This document shows, piece by piece, positions 48,463-61,679 of a stretch of DNA of 64,000 nt. The stretch is from Felis catus (lineage: Eukaryota): contig NC_058368.1 in assembly GCF_018350175.1 (NCBI RefSeq), forward strand, positions 215,638,001 through 215,702,000. Direction: 5' to 3'. A model generated the notes under the pieces. The model did not search any database, was not told the DNA's origin, and saw nothing but the letters and a program-made list of their open reading frames with translations. The position numbers and the translations under genes were made by a program. How positions within the stretch are numbered: the first letter of the stretch is position 1; each line of letters opens with the position of its first letter.

Positions 48463-50249
48463 TTGACAAATCTAGCTCAATGAAATTATTTTGTCATTCT
48501 GATTAGATAAATATTCTCTATATTAATGCTTAAGGTCTAATTATACTTTTACACGGGGTTCTGGGTAGAATTGGGCTTGAGGCTGTGTGGTTTACTTGAC
48601 CTTGAATTTCATGGGTGGAGAGTAGGTGTCCTAGATCCCAGCTGAAACCACTAAATACTTCTTGCTTTCAGAGGCAGCTCCAAAAGACTGGAGATCTTTG
48701 ATGTATAATTAGTCCCACCTGGCTTCAGCTGAGCTCGCTATCACCAAAGCCTATAGTCTATAGCTCCTTATGCTACATCAAAGTTTCCAAACACAGTGAT
48801 TGTTTTGTTTTGATTGTTTAGCTTTTGCCATTCATTGCTGCTCTTGGCAGTTTGTCCCTACATAGGATATAAAGAAAAGTGCTAGAGCCACTAGATAACA
48901 TACAAGACAAGTGGACACGGTAGTACTGCTTCAAGTTCATCTGACTATTCTCCATTGCCCAACATACCATCTCTCCACACTGGATCTATCCTCCATGATA
49001 TCTTCCACTCAGGCTCCTGAAAATGCAGTTTCAGACTTCTCCGTTCATTTGAGGCTTCTCCTAAAACTCTAACTCCCACCTTGTAGTTTGGTTTTGAGGC
49101 AGGAAAAATATGAAAACTGACCTTTCATATCTTTACTCCCTTGAACTTCTCTAGGTAAGAAAGGGGAGTTATCTTTCTCATTTTTCTCCTTGCTACATCC
49201 TCCTTTTACCTTATGGCAACAAATATTGTGGAGGGGTTATTGGAAAGATCTGTATTATGTAAGGGGTATTGAAAAGGTCTGCATCATGTAAGAAACTCTA
49301 GGATCTCAGTTGCCCCATGTGTCTCATGATCTAGGAGTCAAAGTATAATTTTTAACTAATGATTGCAGATGATGAAATATTATTTCAATACCCCAAAATA
49401 TTCACCTTGTGGTATACAAATGTTAAATAGTCCTTTCTATTGTTTAAAAGTGATTCAGTCTTTACTCTCTTATTCCTAGTCTACTAATATATCTATGTAT
49501 CTATCTATAGATGATAGATATAGATAGACATTTTTTTAAATTTCAAGACATTTGCACTTTACTCAAGAGGCAAATGATGATTTTTTAAAATTTCCTATGC
49601 CACAACATAATAGTTATAATCACTCAGTAACTCTTTCCTGAATTACACTATTAAAATTCAGAAACTTCAGAAAATGGAAACCCGTATGCCTCTTCCTTTC
49701 CAAAGGGGATTGAAAATCGTACTACAAGGTACATAATATAAAAACATTGTTAAAAAGAAAGCCGTATGTATTGACATAGTTTTTATTGCTCTTAATTTGG
49801 CATGAAATTATTTGCTTTATAATAAGTGTAGCATTTTTTCACTAGTAAGTATACTTTCTGCCACTGTGATGAGTTTCTACTACTTGAAGAAATGTTTTAG
49901 AGATCTCAACCTATTCCTCCCTCAAAGTCCTTTGATGTACACTGAATAGCTGATTCACAAGTATTTCCCTTTTATCATAATATCTTAGGCTTTGAGATGG
50001 AGTAGCACTCTAAAGCAAAATCATAGATATTTGCTGACAAGATTTTGTTTGTTTTATCCTGCTTAAATGTGAAACTGGAGTCAAATAGTGTTAATTTTCC
50101 AGACCTTTTTTGTTCTCATTATATTATTGATTTGAGTAATTTTAAATATCTAAGGTTTTTTAGTTATTTTAAAATGATATATTGACTCCAGAGTTTTTGT
50201 TATATTTGAGAAATATAGATATCCATTGGTAAGAAAACAGAATATAAAA

Positions 50250-50467
50250 GGGGCGCCTGGGTGGCTCAGTCAGTTAATCCAAGAGTCATCTTACTCTTGG
50301 CTTAGGCTCAGGTCATGATCTCACAGTTCCTGAAATTGAAGCCCCATGCTTGGGGCTCTGCTCTGACAGTGCAGATCCTGCTTGGGATTCTCCCTCTCTC
50401 CTCTCTCTACCCCTTCCCCACTCTCTCTCTCTCCTTCTCAAAATAAAGAAATAAAACATTAAAAAAA
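50250..50467 (+). mobile_element. CAN-SINE with a small inverted insertion in the head
   Basis: GGGGCGCCTGGGTGGCTCAG head, CT tract, tail. Confidence 0.95.
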
Positions 50468-50820
50468 GAAAATGAACTGCATAGAATAAAATGTGAATAA
50501 AGTACAGATATATGATATTAAAATGTAAATATTACATGTTAAAATTGAAAATTTTTATGCTAATAGTTTTTAAAATATATTAAGTGAATAAATTCCCTGA
50601 ATAATCCAATTCAACTAAGCTGTAAAGAACTAAGAAACTTAAATAGACATTTAACTGCAGAGAATCTGAATCAGTAACTTCTGACTATTCTGCACAAAAT
50701 TCAAATAGCTTTAGAATAGTTTTTTTCTAAACATTTATTGAGAGATAAATTCAATCTCATACATATCCTTGCAGAAAATTGCAGAAACAAAAAATGTTTA
50801 GCTTCTAAAAATGAAATGTA

Positions 50821-51030
50821 GGGGCGCCTGGGTGGCTCAGTCTGTTAAGCCTCTGACTTCAGCTCAGGTCATGATCTCACAGTTTGTAAGTTCGAGCCTC
50901 GCATTGGGCTCTGTGCAGACAGCTCAGAGGCTGGAGCCTGCTTCAGATTCTGTGTCTCCCTCTCTCTCTACCCCTCCACTGCTCACACTCTGTCTCTTTC
51001 TCTCAAAAATAAAATAAACATTAAAAAAAT
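50821..51030 (+). mobile_element. CAN-SINE
   Basis: TSD TAAAAATGAAATG at 50806-50818 and 51031-51043. Confidence 0.96.
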
Positions 51031-51085
51031 TAAAAATGAAATGGAGTAAAACAAAAAAGTTAAAGATAATGCAAAAACATGTATT

Positions 51086-51301
51086 GGGGCGCCTGGTTGG
51101 CGCAGTCGGTTAAGCGTCTGACTTCAGCCAGGTCACGATCTCGCGGTCCGTGAGTTCGAGCCCCGCGTCGGGCTCTGGGCTGATGGCTCAGAGCCTGGAG
51201 CCTGTTTCCCATTCTGTGTCTCCCTCTCTCTCTGCCCCTCCCCCGTTCATGCTCTGTCTCTCTCTGTCCCAAAAATAAATAAATGTTGAAAAAAAATTAA
51301 A
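51086..51301 (+). mobile_element. Young SINEC_Fc
   Basis: Near-consensus; TSD AAAAACATGTATT at 51073-51085 and 51302-51314. Confidence 0.98.
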
Positions 51302-51601
51302 AAAAACATGTATTAAAAGATAATATTATATAATGAACCATTCATTTTTTCCCTAGAGATTCTAATTTAAGAACAGAAAATTGATCAATATGATTTTACA
51401 CATTAACAGATTAAAGAAAGGAAACTGTATGGTTGTGGCAATACATGCAAAAATAGTGGCCAATACATTGTGTCATTGAATGATTGGAAAGTGTTAGAAA
51501 AACTAAAATAGAATGCCATATACTACAAATAATATATAAAATTTATATCAAATCTAGCAAAATGATATCTTTTGGAAAAATAAAAGTTTATTTAAAATAA
51601 T

Positions 51602-51821
51602 GGGGCGCCTGGGTGGCGCAGTCGGTAAAGCGTCCAACTTCAGCCAGGTCAGGATCTTGCCGTCAGTGAGTTCGAGCCCCGCGTTGGGCTCTGGGCTGAT
51701 GGCTCAGAGCCTGGAGCCTGTTTCCGATTCTGTGTCTCCCTCTCTCTCTGCCCCTCCCCCATTCATGCTCTGTCTCTCTCTGTCCCAAAAATAAATAAAC
51801 GTTGAAAAAAAAATTAAAAAA
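51602..51821 (+). mobile_element. Young-type SINEC_Fc
   Basis: GGTGGCGCAGTCGG head and CTCTGGGCTGATGGCTC diagnostic block. Confidence 0.97.
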
Positions 51822-53067
51822 TAAAATATTAAATAAGTCCTATAATATTTTATAGATATATTAAAGATGTCAAATGTGACTATACTTTTTAAACTAATTT
51901 TTATATTTAATACAATTGAAATCTCAATCCAAACAGAATTATACTCATGCATATGTCATAATCAAATTTGTGATGAGCTTATATTTTCTTGGGGATACAG
52001 TAGCCTAAGAAATGGGAATGCAAAAATAATTATCATTACATGAAAAGGAGGCGAATCCTTATCTCACAACATAAACAATTGATATAGATGTATCATTGAC
52101 TAAAATGTGACAGAGAAATTTATACATTTCTTGGAAGATTAAGAGAATAACTTTATGGCTTTGGATAGGGAAGGATTTCTTGAACAAGAGCCACAAATTA
52201 TAAAAAGGAAGGGAATTATAGATGAATTCAGTAGATTTAAGAACCTCTGTTCATCCGCAGACACCCTAAATAAAATAAGCTAAGTAGAAGATATTTTCCA
52301 CAAATATAACCCACAAAAAATCCAGAGGGAATATTCATGGTACATAAGTGAGTAAGTAAATGTGTGTATGTGCACATATCAGTAAGAAAAAGATCACTAA
52401 CACAATTTTAAAATAACAGAAACATAAGAACAGGGATTTTATAGGAGATAAAACATGAATAATAAAGGGCCATTAGAAAGCAGAGAAGTGTGAATCAAAA
52501 TCACAGTGAGCAGTTTGGTAAACATTTTGAGGTTGGGCAGAACCAATTATTGGCAAAGATAGGGAACAAGGGACACCTTCATTAAATGCTTAACAACTGT
52601 TTGTCTTATTGCAAATTGATGCGGCCACTTTGGAAAATGATTTGGCATTACTTAATACAGTTGACACTTACATATTTTTAGACCCAGAAATCCCACTACT
52701 TGGTATACACTCCAGAGACAATCTTGTACATCTGCTTCTGCGGACAGGAGATCAGAATTTTCCTAGAAGCCCTGTTTGTAAGAGGAAAACACTGGAAAAC
52801 ACCCAAATGTCCATCATCAGCTGAATAGACTGCAGCTACATGCATCAAATTGAACGAATCTCAAAAGCATAAAGTTGAATGAGAATAACAAGCACAAAAA
52901 GAATATACAATAATTTCATTTATATAAATTGAAAATGTAGGCAAAGACAATTATATATAATTATATATTTTACATATATATAATTATCATCGCCTATATA
53001 AAAGATTATACCTAATAAAACTATATATATAATTATGTATATAATTAAAATGTAGGCAAAGACTAAC

Positions 53068-53103
<36 letters not shown>

Positions 53104-53416
53104 CTGTTGTATACATATATACACAATTACTACATTGAGAGTAAAACCCTAAAGAAAGAAATTTAATAACCTATAATTCAGGATAAATGGATACTATGCC
53201 TACTGAATGAAGTCGACAAGGAACAAACAGGGGCTTTTAAAGTATTAAGCTGACTTGTGAATATGTCATTTGTTTTACCATTATGTTTTATTGAACATAC
53301 AACTTATATACAGCAGGGGTGTGTATATTTCACAATTTAGAAATGGAAAAAGAAAGTAGTGTTAATGATATATGCACAAACAACAGTGATAAGAGAACTC
53401 TTTAAAAGGGCAGAGA

Positions 53417-53623
53417 GGGGCGCCTGGGTGGCGCAGTCGGTTAAGCGTCCGACTTCAGCCAGGACACGATCTCGCGGTCCGTGAGTTCGAGCCCCGCGTC
53501 AGGCTCTGGGCTGATGGCTCGGAGCCTGGAGCCTGTTTCCGATTCTGTGTCTCCCTCTCTCTCTGCCCCTGCCCCGTTCATGCTCTGTCTCTCTCTGTCC
53601 CAAAAAATAAATAAACGTTGAAA
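53417..53623 (+). mobile_element. Young SINEC_Fc
   Basis: CpGs largely intact; TSD AAAAGGGCAGAGA at 53404-53416 and 53624-53636. Confidence 0.98.
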
Positions 53624-53684
53624 AAAAGGGCAGAGAACTTGGAATTAGAGAAAATAAGGGTTGAAAAGGTATTCCCTCACTCTC

Positions 53685-53815
53685 TAGGTTTGTGACCTGG
53701 ACATTTTTAAAAAGGAATACAATTTATTCCATAGGGCTGCCATCATAAGAACTAAATGAAATAATGAATGCAAAATGCTCAGCAGAATGCCTGGCACATA
53801 GATGCTCAAATTGAG
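53685..53815 (+). mobile_element. MIR fragment
   Basis: CATAGGGCTG...AAATGAAATAATGAATGCAAAATGCTCAGCAGAATGCCTGGCACATAG. Confidence 0.75.
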
Positions 53816-56779
53816 CAACAGGATGAAGGAAATTAAGTCTCCTTTACTGACAGCAGTTTCAGCAGAAGAGAAGTTTGTGTTCACTGCAGCAAGTACATTG
53901 TGGGAGAAATTGTCAAATTGTGAGTGAAAAATGCAATGGAGTAACACCTTCCAATAAATAACGTTGTAAGAAAGCAGAGCTTCATGTACTCAGGCATGCA
54001 TATACATAGGCAGTGGGAAGCACCGGAGAAGTCGCTCTCTTCAGTCTTCACTGAGACTCTTTCCCCCCTGGATGATCTGTCATTGTATGCAGAACACAGT
54101 GGCAGATTTATCCCCACGATTCAGGTTGCTCAGTAATGGTTCAGGTGAAAGCATTTCAGTAGTGCCATAAAATGGGAACTCATAAATGACGGAGTCTATT
54201 ATTGGGTGACAAGCTCCAGCCCGGTGACTTTGTTTGTGACTTTGTATAGACTGCAGAAATGCTCCGTTGTCATGAGCTTCAGGGGGAAGAAAAAAGTAAT
54301 GAAAATACTGGTCAGCACATCTAACCACCTGATGTTATTTAAAAAAAAACATCTCATATGGACTGAAGGCTAAACGATTTAAAATAAGTGGCATGGTAGT
54401 GAGCAATTATATGTACGGATGCAACTCATAAGCATGGCCAGGGTTGGGTGGTTTCCTTAATAGTGCAAATTAGCTGTTCCTTCCATATTCAGAATAAAGT
54501 CGCTGATTCTTCACTCTGTTTTTCTTTTGTATTATAGTTAGAATTATGATTAATGGTGTACTTCCTTATAATTGAATGATTGGCCAAAAAAAGGTATGTG
54601 CCAATAACAAAAACCTATGGCTAATATTTCCTGTAGGAATTGCTTTGGAATGGGAAGGGGAATAAACAGTGCTTTGGATCATATAATAGTGCCTCATACA
54701 ATGTACCCTTCAGTGGTCAGTCGTAATGGAACCTGGAACTTCATAGATTAATATATTTAAATTTGTATTACTTTGTCATCGTCGTTGTTGTTGTTGGAGA
54801 AATAATGATGCCAGTTTCTATCTAATCTCAGTATTGCAAAGAACATTAGAATCCAGAATCAAACTTTATGTACTTTAATACCATTCCTGTTAATATTTCA
54901 TATGATTTCTCCTTGATGCTAATCTCAAGTGAAATATATAGCATTCTTTGTATCATATTTTCTGAGATAGGCAAACAAAGAGCTGTGCCTCAATTTTAAC
55001 TGCTATATTTACTTCTAATTCTATTTCATAGTTTGAAATAGAATACTCTATTCTATTTTCCATAATTATTTTACATATTTTTTTCTGTCACGTGTTAGTT
55101 ATTCAGTGAAGGTAAAATCAGAAGTCTAGAGTATGGGTCCATAAACCTTTAAACTGTTACATATCTGCCTTGGTAACCCAGAAATAATGCTCACCATATA
55201 ACAGGGTTTGTGTATACATTTTTATATGTGTTGAATCATCTTTAAATAATGGGGTATAAATACAACATGGAGAAAAAAAAACTAATTGTGGAGAATTTTA
55301 AAAGAATTGGATAAAGAAGGATTTTCTAGGATTAACAATGGATATAGCTGTACTTTATTTCTGTTTCAGTTTTGTCACATTTAGATCTAAGCCAAGATAT
55401 AAAAGATAAGCAGATTTTGAGTTAAGTATCTCAGAATTTGAGGAAAACTTAAAAAAATTCAAACACACAACTCATTAAAAGTGATAAAAAATAGAGGTTT
55501 TACATAGTCTTTTATCTGTTGAAGATTAAATAAATTCCCACAACAAGAATAATGTCTTTCTCTGGTGAGTTATTTGAAACGTTCAGTGACAAAATGAACA
55601 TGCATTTTATACAAACTCTCCCAAGATCTGAAAAAAGAATAAATACTTGCTAACCTCAGGTCAATCTCTCTCATAAATGGGTATGCCTAATCCTAAATAC
55701 AATATTTTGAATAATATATATGAATAACCATTCATTGTGAACACAAAAGATTTAGTCCATGAATAAAAAGGTTCTTTGAAATTCAAAATTTGATGAATAT
55801 AATTTCACCTTGATGACAAAATCAGGAGAAAACTTATGTGATCATAAAATGAAACACCAATAGAAACATTACAATAAATTTATTCACCAATATTAATAAA
55901 AACAAATGAGTGACAGAAGAGAACTTTCATAACCTGATAAAGGATATTTACAAAATCTAGAAAAAAAAATCATACAGATTAAGAAAAAGTTTTCTTTCCA
56001 AACAAAGACAAAGAAGCTCCTACCACTATTTCTAGTGAACTTGTTTGTAGTACTTGTGGATGGTAAAATAGAATATAAAAACAAAAGTAAGCAATAACAC
56101 TATTATTCAGAAATATAATATTGAAGAAAAATATGGATGAGGTACTGATATACTATTAGATTCATAAAGTAGACTTATCAAAGCTCTTGAATATAAGGCT
56201 GATGTGTAAACATCAATTGAATATTTATATGCCAGAAACAAAGCATAAGGAAATAAAATGATATAATTGACAGTGAAATTGAGAAACATAAAATATACTA
56301 ATACTAAATGTACAAGTTCTCTATACTAGTGACTGTAATGCATATTGATATACATTTGAAAAGACCTAAATAAATGGAGAACAAAATCATATCCCTGCAA
56401 TTAATGATTCAATATTATTAAGTTTTAATATGCTTACATTTTTCTAAACATTCAGTTCAATCATACATAAAATGACACTTGGGTTCTTTCTGTGGATATT
56501 GTAAAATATATGTAAAACATATGTTAAAATATATATTAAATAATACAAAGGCAGTAATTATAAAGAATTAAAACATTGGCAGATTATTCCAGTGGCTATT
56601 ACATTTATTGGAAAATAAATCAGAAAGATATACTTTGGATTGAAGGTAAGCAAAGAAATAAATGGTAAAGGACAGGGAGCCCAGAAACAGACTCACACAT
56701 ATGTGGAAATTTATATATGACAGTAGGGAAAGGGTGATCTATTCAACAAATATTATTGTGTCAATTAGTTAAACACACA

Positions 56780-57145
56780 CACATTATGCTTATTATTTAT
56801 ATGTATTATAAATACATATAGTATTATATACTAATCAGTACATATTTATATACTAATTAGTACATATAAATAATAAAAAATTATATACTAATTAGTATAT
56901 ATAAATAAGTATAATGTGCATACTTTATATAATAATAAGTGTATATTACTTAAGTATAAAAGAGTATATATATAAAATATATACTCAATCTATATAACAT
57001 TATATATTATATAAAGTATATACTAATATATAAATAATGGTATGCATATACATATGTACATACATATGCATGTATATTTTATGTTTTAATACTTTATATA
57101 CTAATATTCTATAATTCACATACATATACATATGTATATGTTTAT
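56780..57145. repeat. AT-rich low-complexity tract with internal palindromes
   Basis: Repeated TTATATACTAAT(C/T)AGTA(C/T)ATAT units; perfect 20-bp palindrome at 56882-56901. Confidence 0.85.
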
Positions 57146-57805
57146 TAGTTAAGAGAGCAAACATTCAAAGCACAGAGTAAGAAACAGTATTTGCAAAACA
57201 TATAAATGCCAAAGGTTGATATCTAGAATAATATATAAAGCCCTACAAATCCCATAAGCAAAATGGACGAGATGCCTGATGAAGCACTTAAATAAAATGG
57301 ATATCTAAATGGCCAATAAATGTATAAAGTGTTCCCATTAATCATGAGGGAAATACAAGGCATACAATCATGAGGAAACCGGTCTAAAGAGATAATGGTA
57401 CACATCCACCAGGTTGCTAAAATTAAAAGTTCTGACAGTAGCTCATCTATTGTTTAGAAATATAGAATGTGGTAGGCAAAAATGGAAAGTTGGCATTGTC
57501 TATTGTTGGTACCCCTGATCCAACAACTCCATTCAATTGTATGTATCAAACAGAAATGTATGCACGTGTTCATTAAGAGCTAAAACCAAAATGAAAACGA
57601 GAGCATTATCTGTACTTGCTCTAAACTGGAAACAAACCAAATGGTTCTCGACAATATAATGAGTAGATCAATTGTGATATATTTCTATAATAGAAAACTA
57701 TAAATACATGTAAATGAATGAAATACAAACATCCCTGATGAACCTCATCACAATAAAGTTGGCCTAAAGAAGGCATCACTAGAACCCACATTTATAAATA
57801 ATACC

Positions 57806-57807
<2 letters not shown>

Positions 57808-57843
<36 letters not shown>
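57808..57843. repeat. (AC)n microsatellite
   Basis: Read directly. Confidence 0.95.
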
Positions 57844-57845
<2 letters not shown>

Positions 57846-58609
57846 CTAACAAAACTATCCTATGCTATTAGAAATAAGAATGATGGTTATTTGGAGTCAT
57901 GGGATCAGGAAAGGTATATTGAAGTACTGTTGTGTGACCTGTGTATGTATTACTAAACTGTTCTCATTGTGTGAAAATTAATCGAAGAATACACATAATT
58001 TGTGCATTTTGCATGTACAGTCGGCTCTTGTGCAACATGGGTTTGAACTACATGTGTCCATTTATATGCAGAATTTTTTCAATAAGTATACTGGAAAACT
58101 TCTTGGAGATTTGTGAGAATTTGGAAAAAACCTCACAAACTATGTAGCCTAAAAATATTGAACAAGGAAAGAAAACGGATGTCATGAATGCATGAAATAT
58201 ATGCAGATACTGGTCTATGTTATCATGTACCAAACATCAACTATCCACAAATCTATTACAAGAAGTTAAAGTTTATGGAAAATTACCCACACAAACACAG
58301 ACCACACATGGCACACTTCTCAATGGAGAGGAACATAAACAAATGTAAAGATGCAGGATTAAATAACTGCATAAAATTAACTCTAGTAATACTGTACAAC
58401 TGTAATAATTTTGTAGCCATGCCCTGTTGCTATTGCAGTGAACTCAAGTGTTGCAAGTATCAGCTTAAACTGCCATGTGACACTAACTATGTTTCTGTGA
58501 GCCGTCTGTCTCCCGGGTCAAGTTTGTATTGCAGTAAAAAGTGGTCTCTCCTGGCTCATGTGTATTCTTCATCCTGTTTAGTACAATATTGTAAACCTTG
58601 AATAACCCC

Positions 58610-60430
58610 ATGATAGCTATCGGAGGTGCTACTGGTGATGCTGGATGTGCCCCCTAGAAGCAGAGAAAAGTCAGGCCTTTCAAGAAAAAGTTGAATTGTG
58701 AATTGATATGTAGCCTAGATTGTGGTCTGCAGCTGCTACAGCCCATCATTTCAAAATAAATGAATTCAGCATAAGGCACAGTGTTTAGAAGGGGAAAGGG
58801 AATCTGTGAAGCCGTCACTGAAGCTATGATGACAGGTGTGAAAACTTTGCACTTTTTGTGAAATACCTTTTTGTCTCCTACTGAAAATGCACCTTTCTAT
58901 GGATGCAAGGTTGCTATAAGAAAGGCGTACCTATAGACTCCAATATGATTTGAGAAAAGCAAATTATTATATGGAATCTTAAATGAAGGTGAATAATCTA
59001 AAGCTGGAGAATTTAATGCCAGCAAAGGATGATTTGCTTTTAGAAGGAAGTTTGGCTTTAAAAATGTCAAGGTAACGGGAGAAGCAACTTCTGCCAACCA
59101 AGAAGTGGTAGACAAATTCCAAGAAGCCATTAGGAAAATCAAGGAGAAAGCACAACCGCCTGAAGAGGTTTTTAATGAAGATGAAAGTGCTTATTCTGGA
59201 GAAAAAAAAAGTCAAAAAGTACATTTATTAGTAAGGAAATAAAAAGGGCACCAGGAATTAAGACAGGAAGTAATAGGCTAAACCTACTGTTTTGTGCAAA
59301 TGTAATTGGATTTATGATCAGAACTTCCCTTATTTATATAACTACTAATCCCCGAGCCTTGAAGGAAAAAAATAAAATAAAATAAAATAAACAGCAGCTG
59401 GTACTATTTTGAATGAGGACCTTTTTTTTACGGATTGTTTCTATTGATGTTTTGTTTCTGAAGTCAGGAAGTACCTGCCCAGTAAGGCACTGTCTTTTTA
59501 ATTTATTCTGATATTGAACAATGCCCCTGATGACCAAGAACTCCATCAGTTCAACACAAAAGGTATCAAAATGTTCTACCTGCTCCCTAGTACAACATCT
59601 CTAAGTCAGCCTCCAGGCTGGAGGTCGTAAGTGCCTGAAAGTCTCATTACGTTTGGTGCTCCATGAAAAAAATTGTCAACACTGTGGAAGAGAACCCCAG
59701 TAGAACATCATGGAGTCTGCAGGATTACACCATCGAAGATCTCTTTGTTCTTGGAGAAAACTTCTTGAGGCTCCAAACAATAAATTTCTGCTGGAGAAAA
59801 CTGAGTGTGGATGTTGTGCAGTGTTGCATAAATCTACAACAGAACCAATCAAGGAAATTATGAAAGCGGTTTTGGACGTGGCACAAAAAAATGGGGACTG
59901 AAGTGTTTGCAGATAGAGATCTTGGAGAAATTCAAAAGCTAATAGATACCACACCGGCAAAATTGGCAGAAAACGACCTCGTGGAGGTGAGTGCTCCTGA
60001 AGCGGTGCCAGATGGTGAGGAAAAAGACAGAGAAGAAGCCGTGCCAGAAAAACCACTGAAGTGAGACAATCTAGCAGAAGTGTTCAGATTATTCACAAGC
60101 CCTTTGGCTTCTTTTACAACACGGATCCTTCTGATCCAGGAACTGAAACTAAAGTAACTGATGAAAGAGGATTGGTATCACATAGAAACATTTTTAGATA
60201 AATGAAAAAGAAAAAAAAACTGTTAGAAATTATGAGGTATTTATAAAAAAAAAATATACCACGTGTGCCGGCTGCTCCTGCCTCCCTTCTCCTTCCTCCA
60301 CCTCTTCTGCCTCTGCCACCACTGAGACAGCAAGACCAATGTCCCCCCTTCCTCTTCCTCTTCAGCCCATTCAACATAAAGAGTATGAGGATCAAGACCT
60401 TCATAATGGCCCATTCTACTTATTGAAGGG
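58610..60430 (+). pseudogene. Tigger2/pogo transposase relic
   Basis: Broken frames give HFKINE, YKKGVPIDSNMI, AGEFNASKG, FGFKNVKVTGEATSA, EVFNEDES (first catalytic D region), LNLLFCAN, LILNNAP (DNAPGH motif), INFCWRKL; many stops and frameshifts. Confidence 0.88.
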
Positions 60431-61679
60431 TAAGTAATTATCGTATTGTAAGCTAATAAATGTATCTGTTGTGTACATATGTGTCTGTGTGAAAATCTAA
60501 TATACCACAAGAACTGTAGGAGACATTTTCATGTCATCATTGCCTAAGTATTCATCGTGTGCAACACACTTATGGAAGAGCATAGTCTATCCTTGCATGA
60601 GCATAAGGTGAGCGATTTTTAATACAAAATAAATGCTGTGCCATTTTTTTTACTGTTTGATAACTTTGCTTTTGAAATTATATTACCATAGAGTATGCCT
60701 CTCTCTATTTAATTGGAGAAAGCTCCTAGTAACCTACCATCCAAACCTACTTTAGAAAAAGTAACAGTGTTACCAATACTATATTATGAATTTAACTACT
60801 ACTGTGTGTAGTAACATTTTTTATAATGGACCAAATAAACAATCTAACCTTACACCTAAAGGAACTACAAAAGAACAAACTAATGCCCAATGTTAATAGA
60901 AGGAATAAAATAATAGCAATCGGAATAGAAATAAATGACATAGAGACTAAAAAATTGGAAAAAAATCAATGAAACCACAAGCTGGTTCTTTGAAAGGTAA
61001 ACAAAATTTATAAACTCTTAGCCAGATTCATCAAGACAAAAGAAAAAGGACCCAAATAAATACAATCAGAAACGAGTAACAACTGACACAGTAAAATAAT
61101 CATTCATCACAATCAAGTGGTATTTATTCTGGGAAAGCAAAGATGGTTCAATAATTCACAAATCAATCAATGTAATACACCACATCAACAGAACAAGGAT
61201 GAAAATCATGATCATCTCAACAGATGCAGAAAAAGCTTTTGCACAGCAAAGGAAACCATCAGCAAAATGAAAAGGCAACCAACTAAGTGGGAGAAGATAT
61301 TTGCACATGATATATCTGATATAAGGGGTTAATATCCAAAATATATAAAGAACTTATACAGTTCGACATCAAAAGAACAAACAACCTAATAAAAAAATGG
61401 GCAGAGGAACTGAGAAGTTGTACAAATGGCCAAAGAAGTTATACAAATGGCCAAGAGACACATGAAAAGATGCTCAACATCACTAATCATCAGGAAAAGG
61501 CAGTAAAACTACAATTAGATATACCTTATACCTATTAGAATGGCCAAAATAAAATTTCAAAAAATACAACAGATAACGAGTGTTGGTGAAGATGTAAAGA
61601 AAAAGTTTTGGTAGGAATGTAAACTGATATAGTCACTATGGGAAACAGTATAGAGATTCCTCAAAAAACTAAAAATAGT

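Larger units (their letters stand above)
50560..53345 (+). mobile_element. Old LINE-1 relic (L1ME-like ORF2 pieces and 3'UTR), split by SINEs
   Basis: DPEIPLLGIHSR (52609-52824 ORF), TAGGGAAGGATTTCTTGAACAAGA, AATCTCAAAAGCATAAAGTTGAATGA. Confidence 0.75.
55450..58017 (+). mobile_element. Old LINE-1 relic (L1ME-like); its last bases resume at 63385-63400 after the Tigger
   Basis: Degenerate ORF2 blocks (ACAAACTCTCCCAAGA, AGCCCAGAAACAGACTCACACATATGTGG, TGATCCAACAACTCCATTC) and L1ME 3'UTR TTGTGTGAAAATTAATCGA...TTTGTGCATTTT. Confidence 0.8.

Noticed and set aside
58610..60430. Domesticated TIGD-like transposase gene
   Set aside because: Many stops and frameshifts, altered catalytic motifs and retained TIRs mark it as a dead transposon copy.
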